From assembly GCA_000165425.1 (NCBI GenBank), contig CT867994.1, positions 62,001 through 126,000 of the forward strand: 64,000 nt of DNA. Direction: 5' to 3'. Made by a program: the position numbers and the translations under genes. The notes below the pieces were generated by a model. The model had not been told where the DNA came from. It did no database searches and saw only the letters and a list, made by a program, of their open reading frames with translations. Positions 39,374 through 51,103 of this stretch are shown here, one piece after another. Source of the DNA: Paramecium tetraurelia (Eukaryota). Numbering within the stretch: the stretch's first letter is position 1; every line of letters starts with the position of its first letter.

Positions 39374-40801
39374 TCATTGAGCTACAACCCAATTTTATAG
39401 CATTTCAATCTCTTCTTATATGTTTTTTCTTGCCTTTTCTTCGCTTCTTAGGTTGAATATTTTAGACTTTAAAAACTTTTATAGAACAGCAATTCTCCCT
39501 GATTTATAATCCTTATCTGGAAAGTGCGAATATTCCTTTCTTATATCATTAGCATAGACAGTATATGCATCAGACTCCAAAATAGACATATCAGCATCTA
39601 AAAATACCATCAAATCCTATAAATCATCTTCTGGTAGGAATGACACGTCAGTTTGATGACTTTTTGTTTGCAAGATAAAAGTTGATATAAGTTATGAATC
39701 TATATTGCAATCTTTAGCATATTATTAAAACAACAAGATACTTTTTTCTTCATTATCATTATTTCTAGGATAATAGATGGCATCGTGAAAGAAGGTTGCC
39801 AATTTTGCATTCTTCATATTTTTAGCTCCTTTTAATTATTATAACATATCATAAATGTGTCTTAAAGTGTGATAATACCTTTAAGGTTAGGAATAATAAT
39901 CAACTAGAATAGATTCAAACCAATATAGATTATCACTAACTGACAACCATTCAGATTTAAGTTCCAAATACTCTTATTCACTTAATCTATTTTTTTCTTA
40001 TATTTGTCCTCTAATTTATGAGGAAGATAGTTTAACATCTCCTTGATTATTCGAATTTTCTATAATGCCAATTATATATCCTTCTAATTCATTTAAGCCT
40101 CCCTCTTTCCTGAGGTTATTAATGTAGTCTAAAGAATTTTGAGTCTCTTGGGTGGCAATTAGTACTTCAAATTGTCCATTTTTTGTTGGTCCTGCAGGGT
40201 CGATTAATTCAGAGAAATTCAATTCAATATCAGGTCTGAAGAGCTAACAAAACTCTTTTACACATTTACAACGAGTCTCATAGGATTATAAGAAACCTGT
40301 TAATTTCTTTTTTTATAATAATACTTCTCCAGTTATTCCTATGGTCAAGTGTTCATTGACAGCCAACAAACTTAAACTTAAAAGTATTTTGTGTCCAATG
40401 TGTAAATGATCAAAAGTCCCACCATTAGCACCTCTTTTAAATTAATTTGCTAGTGGTCCTTCTTAAGAAAATTAGATTTTTTAAATTTATTGATTTTGTT
40501 TTGTTTGTATGTTTATTTCTTCTCCGTAATCTAAGTTGACTGTGAACTGGTATGTGTTTTTGAATTAAGTATTAAATAAATCAAAGATCACATTAAATTT
40601 AGTTGGATAATTTTGTGCTTTCTCATAAAGATGGAATAAAATGCGTTCATAAACTTTAAGATGCGTAATTGGTGTTCTTTTTAGATAAAGAATTATTTCT
40701 TCTTGATTAGTTTAAAGGTACTCTTCTAATTTCTGGTCTAGCATCTAAGTTCCTACAGAATCGAATGAACATACGATAAGTAATTTTTCGTGGTGTTTCA
40801 T
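39374..40801 (-). CDS. Phosphopantetheine adenylyltransferase (eukaryotic Cab4/COASY type) fused to an HD-family phosphohydrolase (COG4339-like)
   Basis: Single intronless 476-codon ORF: GGTFDHLHIGHK, LIDPAGPT, INNLRKEGGLNEL, KLSSSQIR; then YSQPQRYYHTLRHI, LATFFHDAIY, DNEEKS, FLDADMSIL, IRKEYSH, GRIAVL. Confidence 0.88.
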
Positions 40802-40808
40802 AATTAAA

Positions 40809-41376
40809 ATGAATAAAAATCAATCAGCACATTATATTACAAATAACTAATCGTATGGTGATGGTTGGCTATTACACAGTGGGTAACAATAAGTGGATAT
40901 GACATCATGTCCTGTACCTACCTACGCTGAAATAGTACGTCAAATGCAAGTGATGATTCTATTATTAACTAGATTAGGACTTTAGAAGAGCAGAGAAATT
41001 ACTCAAAAATAAACTGGTTGCTCAAACTATCGGACTTGAGTTGTCTTAACCCATTTCTGAAGAAGAAAAACAACGCAGGAAATTAGATAACAAGGTCCCT
41101 TCAAAGAAGTTTCATGTCACTGAATAGGAATACAAGGCTCCTCCTTAAGGAATTAATGTTGGTATAGATAAATGGTTGATAATAGGATTACCAATTTATG
41201 AGACATCTAATATGTAATATGGACAATTGAATCCAACTTCATTTGAGTTGATTGAGAAATATTATCCTAGAGATGCTCGATTCACTTAAGCCTTCTTGGG
41301 AGACACCTACAAATTTGATGGATTGAACACTAGCACTGGTTTCTCAAAAGTTCATAAGAAATTAGATGAATATTGA
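40809..41376 (+). CDS. Pierce/CFAP182-like (DUF4490) ciliary microtubule inner protein
   Basis: PIYETSNMQYG...YYPRDARFTQAFLGDTYKFDGLNT...SKVHKKLDEY*. The upstream in-frame segment from ATG 40809 carries a second YITNNQSYG motif. Alternative start at 40899. Confidence 0.7.
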
Positions 41377-41386
41377 CAATTAAAGA

Positions 41387-42577
41387 TCATATTTGCGATT
41401 GTTTTCTCAATTAATTCATTCTCCTAATGACGCTTTGTTTCCAATTTTTCATTTAGGTCACTTCTCCGAGTTTCGTTCTCTAAAAATCACTGATTTAAAT
41501 TCACAAAAAATAATACTTTTTAGTAGTAGAGACGTACTGATTCTGATATGTAGGAGTTTAAGAATAGGGAGCAGTTCTACAGATTGGATCAACAGGGAAT
41601 TTTGTGTAGACTTCTCGTTATTTATCGAAGAAGATACCAGAAGATTGAATTGGATTTCTATTTCAAAATAACGACAATATTACAATTTTGAATGATTGTT
41701 TTTACAATTAGCAGGCTGTTCTATTGATTAAGGCCATTGATATTCAGCTTTATAAAGAGTTTAACTAGACAGTGATAGTCCGCCAGTTGTCAAATGCTTA
41801 GATGCAGTTACCTTCTCTGGTCTGTAGTTTGTTTAGAAATCATAATGATTGGCCTAATCAACGTGATTGTTATACCTTATATGTTGTCAATGTTGCAAAT
41901 TGTAACTCACTTTTCTCATACTTTCTCCTCTCCAACCTTGGATTGTAGTCATTTTATGGATATGCAGAGAAGTGACTTTAATAACTTGTCTTCGAAAACT
42001 CTGAAGTTTGAGGAGACTTATAATCTTGGTAGATTGTATTTTTGATAATTTCTTATCTTTCTTTCTATTTGAGAGGAAAATCACGTCCATATTAACTTTA
42101 CCATTTGGTTGGCAATATAAATTTGTTCATGTTAAAATCTCCATGCATTTATTCCTGGAGATACAATCCCAGCAAATAATAGAAGTAATCTTTGTTGTCT
42201 TCGAGAAGTTACTCTACTGATGATCCTTACAACACTTCCTGAGGAATTATCTCAAGCCAAATTGGATCAGATGCAGGAATGTCAGGAAGTTGTTCATCAA
42301 ATAGAGATGTGTTTGTTTGACAACTAACTGAATTGCTTTACTGTGGAGTTGCTATCGGAGTTGGTGGATTGTGTTATGATTCAGATCTAGCTATTTGCTA
42401 CTTAGATTAAGGTTATTATAAGCTTTTCTATTATGTCAATGTTGCTATGTCTTCTATGCTACAAATGGAAAGAGCTTTATTTCTCTTCTTAAGCAATGTA
42501 GTTTTTCGAGAGAACTTAGGAGCGAGAAAAGATGAAGTTTTTGTTGACAACACCTATTTTATTTGATCAGATAACAT
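41387..42577 (-). CDS. Hypothetical protein with short T(S/I)YQ-type motifs
   Basis: ATG 42577 to TGA 41387 in code 6; Ser/Thr-rich; motifs TIYQDY and TSYQSHF; no recognised domain. Confidence 0.65.
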
Positions 42578-43019
42578 ATATTGTAATTATATAATATTTT
42601 ATTATGTCTACAGAGCGATCAATTATCACTAAATTATAATTAAAGTTCACTTTTCCATTTTAATGCAATGGTTATCTCGTTATTTTCCTATAATTGTAAT
42701 GATACATTATATTTAACATAATATTCCAATATAAATGGATCTACTCACTGAACATTTGATTATTGTTATTGTCTCTAATAGAATAGCTCATTCTCATCAA
42801 TCTAAATTTCAACTTAATATAGGTATTTACATATCTTTTTGTAAGATAATGTACTAAATTCACTGAACAAAATTTAATAATAATAAAAGAATCAAGAATT
42901 CTCTGATAAAGAAGGATTTATTATTGGAGACGAGTGAGAGAGAGTTCAATTTATAATGAAATAAAAGTCGAGAAATTAGTTATGTATTTGATGTGTATAA
43001 TTTCAATAGTAATTTACGT

Positions 43020-44000
43020 TCAATCAATTTTAATTTCCTTTTAGGATGATCCTATTTATAAGATTTTTTAATATTTTCTCCAAGTTTGTCTTTTGAGTCT
43101 CATGATTTTAGTTTTAATTTATCGAGATTCCTTATAGAAATTGTTGCATGTCTTATACAAGTCCTCAAATCTCTAAGCACTAGAATTGTTATTGTTTTCA
43201 GAATCCTAAAAGGACTTTAAGCCTGTAGATTTAAGAGTAATAAGATTGATTTTGTTATTGCTAATGAGTTTGGATTGCCTGGGCCTGTCTAATTTGTCTT
43301 CCACAGTAAATTCTTTAATAATGTGAATATTTTTATCTATAGGTTCAGTGTGGAATTTTTGAGATGCCTTCATATTTTGTTGGAATATAAATTATTTGAT
43401 TGAGTTGTTGCCTTGATATTTCAATTGACTATCAAATATTCTCCTCTAGATCATGTCTTTACGAAAGATCTCCTTCTCGTATTCTTCATTAATTTTATTT
43501 TTGTATTGTTGAGTAAATTCGTCTCCCTCTATTTCTATTGCCCTCAAATCTGTTATAGATTATCTGGTCTTTAGCATTTCTTGAAGTGGATCAGAAAGTA
43601 AATACAATTTGTCCTCTCTCGTTAGAGACTTACGACTATGAAAAAACGAGGAGTGATTATCGAGATTCGTCCTACTATACGGTTTTTCTGCAGTTGCAGG
43701 TTCCACCATTGATATTTGTTTGGTGTGTTGAGAACTTATTGACTTATACATTGAATTATGCTTCTATGGTAGTTTCCTCGAATCCATATCTGCCCCCTCT
43801 AATTTCAAACGATGATTGATAATGTCAACATAATCATTGACCATCTTCTGATTGTAGATCACTTTATCAGTTTTTCGAGGCGATATTCTTGGTTGAAGCA
43901 TAATATTTGTTTTATATTTGTGGTATGACTTCATATCTAATTTGATGGGCTTTTCATGAGAATCGAAGATGACTTAATGCTTGTAGTTTGTGGTTTTCAT
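43020..44000 (-). CDS. Hypothetical 326-aa protein
   Basis: ATG 44000 to TGA 43020, 981 nt open in code 6; includes ORF-track fragment 43560-43751. Confidence 0.7.
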
Positions 44001-44069
44001 TCCTATGCTTGAAATATAAATAAACTAATTTTAATATCACTCATCAAATCACAACTCATTTTTATTGTA

Positions 44070-44720
44070 AAAGACATTCTAATATATTTAGAAGTTCTCT
44101 CAATATATTCGAATCTCTGACCTGATCCAACAACCACCGAAAGAAATACTTCTAAACCCCCATAACTTCAGTCTCCTCTGATTTCTAATTAAAGGACAAT
44201 ATATCATAGTTTTTGTATCATTGAATCAATGTTTTAAAAAATTCTGTAATGTACTATACAGCCCTTAGTATTTCTGTTAATCTTATTTCATAGTTTAAGT
44301 TGGCATGTGAGAGTACTTTCATACCATTTCAATTTAGAAATAATACGCATTAAATATTAATTATAATCTGATATAAATTTGTATTCATAACATATTGTTG
44401 TTGGATAGTATAATTAATTATTAATTCTAATTTACACATGTAGAAAATATCAACAAATTGTTAATATCAATTATATTTTTAATTAGATTATAATTTTCTG
44501 CATTTTACAGTCCAAACATCAGAATGATCCATTTAATCAAATTTACTTAGATGAGACTACTAGATTGAGACTTATTAGACAAACTACAAAGGAATTATGC
44601 TCTGAACCTTCTTAATTTCTACAAATTGGTCGATTGATTATTTAATTGAGAAAGAAACCCTTCGATATAGCAAATAAATATCTATTTAATATAGCCCTGC
44701 AAATGTGTAAATTCTATAAT
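44070..44720 (-). pseudogene. Possible decayed RING-finger gene
   Basis: Minus-strand remnant GCIVHYRIFQKH*FNDTKTMIYCPLIR resembles a RING C-terminus (..C..WF....CPLCR) with TGA at the Trp position; other stops nearby. Confidence 0.3.
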
Positions 44721-44811
44721 TAAAACTCTATAAGTGTTAGTATCTTGAATTAATTCATTATATATACTTCAATACAAGAAGATATGTTTTTAATAATTAT
44801 ATTAATATACA

Positions 44812-45307
44812 ATGTCTTGGGATGCTTATGTATCAAATTTGACAGCCAATGGCGTACTTGAGTATGCTGCCATCATTGGAATAGACGGAAACATCTGGGC
44901 TAGCAATTTTGGTGTTGCTGCTCTCCCATCCTATTAAGCCGATGTCCCAGATGAGAAAAATCCAGACATCATAACCAAAGTGGCTTATGATGAAAAGACT
45001 ACTTTTGTTCACGCTCTTACTCACAAAGGAGAGCCAGGAAATGTTGCTGGAATTAGAATCAACAATCAAAAGTATTATTCAATTTCATTCGATGGAGAAT
45101 AAAAGTCTTGGTACTTAAAGAAGGTATTTCAAACATTCATTATCTTAGAATAAAGGTGGAGCTTGTGTTGCTTGGTCTAATACAGTTGCTGTCTTTGCTT
45201 CATTCTCCCAAACCATCAATGCTGAAAATGGAGCTCCTTAGAATGCTAGCGATTGCAACAAGCGAGTCTTAGATATGGCAAAGTACCTTGCTGATTCCGG
45301 ATATTGA
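44812..45307 (+). CDS. Profilin
   Basis: MSWDAYVSNL...AAIIGIDGNIWAS, GIRINNQKY, YLKK|NKGGACVA, C-terminal VLDMAKYLADSGY*; one intron near 45124-45148. Confidence 0.93.
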
Positions 45308-46559
45308 GTAGTTATGTTCACACAAACAATTATAAATACATTCCTACATACTTCATTCTCTTTCTAGAATTCACATTACGAAACGTGGCCATTTAAACCT
45401 TCCCAAAAACTCAACAATTCTTTCCACTCTCCAGTATGCTAGAGCTTTAAACAATCAAAAAGATAATCATTAAGAATCATATATATACATTCTGTTTAAA
45501 TCAGATATGTCACCTCATAATTATTTCATTCAAAGTCAATTGAATAACTTTTAACTCAATTCTATTTCTTCTTTAAAAAATTTAAGAATCAACAGAACCT
45601 AAGCTAGCAAGATTTTACAATTACGAAGTTAAAAACCTCTTGATCTTGCTTAATTTAAGTTAATTAACAATTTGATTGGATTAATTCTTAGCTGATGAGT
45701 CATCAAACAAAAACAATATAGTTTTTATGTAAATGTCATGAGTCTTTTATCTTATTCAAGTTTATTTGAGCTATGACTGATTATAATTAAATGGATAATT
45801 AAACTGGATATTATTTCTTAATAGAATCTATTGAAAGCATGATTTTATTTGATTAATTACTTTCTTACTTTCCAATTGATATTTCATATTTATAATACTC
45901 TTAATAAAAAGTTGAGATTAGCTACACACAACTTTTCTCAATGAAATATAATGTTTTAACTTTTACATTTTATCAAAAAATTGCAAAATTTATTAGCTAT
46001 TTTTCTATATGGAAGATTATAATGTTAAATGAATACTAATAATAAATTGTAATTCTAATAAATAATATTATAAAGAAAATTAATATTGGAACATAAGAAT
46101 TATAAAAAATATGTTAATTTATATATTAATTATAATATTAAATGCTTGATAATTGTTATTTTTCTATAAAGAATAAATAAAAAGATTGATCACTTCTCAA
46201 ATTTGTGTTATAATGCATCTACTTCTATTTAATTTATGTCCCTTTGCTTTTTTTAGTTTTAACTCATCTACTTTTTGAATAATTTAATACTGGCAAATTT
46301 ATCTAACAATATATATTAAGCAATTACTGATAATTAACATATAATCTGCTTAAAATTATGAATCTGAGTATTATAAGCTGCAATCTCTATGTAATAAGTC
46401 TTCAATTACAATGCCCGATGAATATTAGATTGGTATTTGAAACCTAGTATTTTTGAATAGATTGGCATTTAGTCAATACATTGCTATATTTGAAAACTTG
46501 TTAAAAGGTACGAATATAGTTAATAAATGTTGATGGATAATGCAAATATGAATGATAAA

Positions 46560-46953
46560 TCATTTGACTTCAACAATGTCTGCTCTAGTACTTTCAGCAA
46601 CAGCTGCAGCTTCAGCAATTACCTCAGCTGGGACGCCCATCTCTTTCAAAGTGTTTCCAAGATGATTAACGATGGTATCAAAGGCTGCGGAAGTAATTCC
46701 AAGTCCAGCATGGCCAGCCTTCATATCCTAGATAACATAAATATGAATTGATTACTTTTCCTGTATAATGATTTGGTCCTCCGAAGGCCATACCAAGGAA
46801 CTTTTATTGCATTTCTGTTTATTTCTTCATGTCTGTGTTTTTGAAATAGTGGCTGACAGATGGATCAGAGAGAACTTTTTCATAAAACTTGACGACTGCG
46901 GCATCAATGTTGGCTTATCCTCCTAATTTGTCAAAGACTGATTTATTTTGCAT
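46560..46953 (-). CDS. Truncated (2/2, group I) haemoglobin
   Basis: [33 protein letters not shown]...[41 protein letters not shown]; one 28-nt intron. Confidence 0.96.
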
Positions 46954-47067
46954 TGCTAAATTTAATTAATGATTAGAAAACAAAATGTGTTCGCTTAAAA
47001 ATAGCGAAATAAAATAAAATAAGATATTTTTGGATAACCAAAATTATTTATATAATTAATTTATATA

Positions 47068-48660
47068 TCACTATTCATCACATTATGTAAAATCATGTAT
47101 ATGAGTTGTATGTGACTTGCGAAGCACTGCATTTTACACTTTCAAGCATTTATTATCTGATTGCAACTCTATTGGAGCCATGGCAGTATTGAACAGACTT
47201 TTTCGAGCAGCACCCTTAATTTTCATCTCCTCAGTTGTATATCCTTCCTCTCCATCACTAGAACCTGCATAATGTCCTCTCTTTAAGAGAATGGTCCTTT
47301 ATTTCAATTTATTAGAATTCCTAGATGAAAGATGAGAGATGTTTTTATTTATAGTCAGATGTCTTAAACTTTTTCTCACAAAGGTTTCTGAAAACCAAGG
47401 ATGATTGAGAGCCTCATCAGGATGTGGTCTCATAGCTGGATCCTTTTGAAGCAATTACTAAATTAGATCTTTGGCTTCACTTGAGACTTCCTAAAAGATT
47501 TCTTCAGGGAACTCATATTTGGCCAATTTAATAGATTCAATTAGATCGTTCAAACTTAAAGATATTGAATCAAAATATATACTAGTCTGCATTGAATGGC
47601 AATTAACCAGACAACATTGAGTACAATATGCATCCAGCACTCCACATATCAACCATTTGACTAATAATAATTTGATTACTTTACTTGTATCCTTCCCCAG
47701 TGAAGATCTCTGGCGCTGAGAATGCCACAGTCCCTGTATAGGTCCACATCTCAATTTTCTCGGTGTCCTAAAGATTACCAAATTCCTTGTATGAATCGCT
47801 GAATTTACTAACATTAAAATCTGTGACCTTTATCAACTTCTTGTCTATGGAAATGATTAACTAGCATATTACCTGAGAGACAGAGGATATTATTAGGTTT
47901 CAAATCCCTATGACAAATCCCATTTCTATGCATGTATTCAATTGCACTTAGCAACTGTTTGAATAGTTCCTTTGCATCATGCTCGCTGTAATGTCCAGCC
48001 TCATTTATTACTTCGAACATTTCTTTCCCTTTTATGAGCTCCAATATCACGTAGGCTTGACTTTCAGATTAGAATCCATTATCAAAATCCAAAAACATTT
48101 TGTATGCTTTAACTATGTTGGCATGTGATAATTTTATCAATCTCTTAAACTCATTGATCATCTAATCATTTTCAAATAACATTTACATTCCTTATAATCT
48201 CATCATCTTAGGTAGCCACAATTTTTACTGCGAATTCTTGTCCTGTCTTCTTTTACACAACTCTCTTCACCAATCCCAAACATCCTTCACCCAGTCTTTC
48301 ATGCATCTCATATTCTTCAAAAAACTCCTTTGTATTTGGTACAATGTTTTCAACATCACTGGGTGTTATTTCAATGTCCAATTTCTTACCCAACTCAAAT
48401 AGTTGTTCCTCCCTTATCTAGAGAGGTTAGATGGGTTTGTTTATTATGGAGTTAAGTTAACCTAGGCTCAAAACCTATTATTTACATCTAAATTGCTATT
48501 TTATTCGATTCATATTGTTTTGAACTGATTCCTTCTGTTCCTCAGCCTAAGTCTTCACAAATGTAAAACGACCACTACATTTCCTATCCATCATTGATAA
48601 TCGTGGTGGGATTCTTAATGTATCTTATGGACTACGCTCCAGAACTCGATCGTCTTACAT
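47068..48660 (-). CDS. Ser/Thr protein kinase, CAMK group (DFN variant)
   Basis: LGEGCLGLV, FAVKIV, HRDLKPNN, TDFNVSKF, TYTGTVAFSAPE, MVDMWSAG; several introns. Confidence 0.93.
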
Positions 48661-49428
48661 TTAACTTGGTAATTATATAATATATGATTGTATTAGAATT
48701 GTATAATCAAATAAATCCTATTTTGGTTCGATCCTCCCAAGAAATTTCAAATTTAAACCAAAACAATATTTCCTTAATTTTTGCTATATGATCCATTAAA
48801 TATAATTATTAGGTTACTAAATTTATATACACATATATTATCCATCCTATTTCCTTAATTAAATAATTATTACATTTAAACTTAAATTTACATTTTCCTA
48901 ATTCATTATCTTTACAACTTAAATTTACAATTTTCTAATTTCCTTTCTTTTAGACCATAACTAATAAAACTAACTATTTATCATAGTTCAATCATATATG
49001 CTAATTAAATAACTATGATTTAATTTAGGTTTTAGGGTATCTTCTCAGTTTATATCTTTGTTAATACTCCTTTCTATTGTTATTTAATAATAATTTCTAA
49101 AAAATGAGATAGTTCTTATTTGATCTCAAATAAAGAATCATAGATTCAATGAAGTACTGTATTAAAAATTTGATTATATTATCATTACATATTTATTATT
49201 CTATTATTTTAACGACCTAAAGTACTTTGCTTTGATATTAATAGAATGTCTTAATGTAATTTTGCTTGGCTCGTTATTTCAATTATTGTAATGAATATAT
49301 AACATTTGAATTTATTAGAGAAATCAATGCAGGATTGAAGCATATACTAACTGTTTATATTTAGTGCTTTAAGTTTCATTTATATATATTTAATGAGTAA
49401 ATGCTAAACTTGATTAAGTAATAATAAA

Positions 49429-50505
49429 TCATCTCCTTTGTCCTTCAAACCACTCTCCTGAGATTTATTTGCCATTTTTATCGATGTAAATTCCTTCTCC
49501 ATGTTGCAATCCATTTTGCCATAATCCTTTATATATTCTACCATCAGACCAATAGAATTCTCCGTAACCATCCTTTTTGTTATCCTTATAACTCCCCTAA
49601 TGAAATAGAGAAGATACCTATATATTTCCTGCCATCCACCCAGGTCATCTCCCCTTGGCCGTTCATCTTGTTGTTCTGCCAATATCCTTCATATTTGCTG
49701 CCATCAGGCCAAACATAAACTCCTTAACCCTAGAATTGATTATTTCTAAATCCTCCTGCATAATTCGACCCATCACCCCACTTATAAATTCCATATCCTT
49801 CTTTCACTCCCATATAAAAGCTACCATCATAAACAGCAGAATTATCAGCCCATGTTTCCGTTCCTTATCCATGTCTGTTATCATCCTTCCAAAACCCTTC
49901 ATATTTAGACTTATCAGAATGCACATAAACTCCGTATCCATCATTTTTATCATTCTTCCATTCTCCTTAATAGTAATCCCCACTATTAACTATGAGTCTC
50001 CCGTGCCCATTAGCTTTATCATCGACCCAAAAGCCTTCATAAAGTGACCCATCAGGAAATATGTATTTCCCTCTGCCATTTCTTTGGTGACTTTTCCATT
50101 AGCCTACGTAAATACCGCCTTTGTCTAGGAATTAATAAGGGGGGAGAGTTTTAGCTCCAACCATAGTCGAACATTTGGAGTAATCGAAAGGACCTAATTG
50201 CAAGAGTACTTTTGAAACAGCATGATGAAAGATCTCAGGAACTTGCTCAATTGGGACAGCCACACTTTACAAAGGAGGGAAGGATTCTTCGACTTCTCTT
50301 TTCTGTCATGTTATCATTAACATATTACTTGTTTTCGAACTGAATGGCCTCGATATAAAGCTTAGATTTTAGTAGCACACATTTCTTGCACTTCTGGAAG
50401 ATTGCTTTTGATTTCGTAAGGTTTGGTTTCTACTGGTTGTTCGAATTCAAAACCACCTGTCTCCACAACTTAAGTTCTGTGAATTGTCTAGCACACAGTA
50501 CCCAT
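49429..50505 (-). CDS. MORN-repeat protein with IQ motif and N-acylation signal
   Basis: MGTVCQ..., [15 protein letters not shown], about 9 MORN repeats ([28 protein letters not shown]). Confidence 0.93.
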
Positions 50506-50542
50506 AAAATAATATGTTATAAAAATTAAATATAAGAAATTA

Positions 50543-51103
50543 TCATTTCTTTTTTCCCTTTACCCATTCTCCTTCAATGACCCTCCCACTGGGCTCTGTG
50601 AGTTATCCTTTCCCGTGCATCTTATTGTTCTTCCATTCTCCAACGTATTTTTATCTGTTGGGCCAAATTTACTCTCCCTTCCCATTTCTCTTATCATTTT
50701 CAAATTCACCTTAAATTAAAATCATATATCTCACCCTTATACGTCTTACCATCAGAAAAGAATTGCCCCTCTCCTTTCATAAACCCATCCACCCATTATC
50801 CTTTGTACCATTTGCCATTGCTCCAATAAAATTCGCCATAACCATTAAATGCATCATTCAAAAATTCCCCATCATAATAAGAATTATCACTCCATCTGTA
50901 AACACCTTTGCCACTTTTCACCCCATTCTCGAAGTGTCCTTCAAAGGATGATCCATTATCAAAAGAAATAGCTCCAACACCATGCTAAAATTGATCATCA
51001 TTCATACTGGTAATCCATCCTTCAGCTCTCCAGTATACACGCCTCCATCTGGGAATAAATACTAATCCCGAGGTACTTGACTACTTTAACAGCAAGAACC
51101 CAT
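50543..51103 (-). CDS. Small MORN-repeat protein with N-acylation signal
   Basis: MGSCCQ..., GGVYTGELKDGLP|HGVG, FEGHFENGVKSGKG, YVGEWKNNKMHGKG; two introns. Confidence 0.92.

Noticed and set aside
46527..46751. Plus-strand 74-aa ORF
   Set aside because: Antisense to the truncated haemoglobin.
26406..46953. Functional cytoskeletal cluster (myosin-like, Pierce-like, profilin)
   Set aside because: The genes are separated by unrelated genes, and there is no evidence for operon-like clustering in this genome.
49655..50951. Plus-strand ORFs 49655-50047 and 50763-50951
   Set aside because: Antisense shadows of the MORN repeats.
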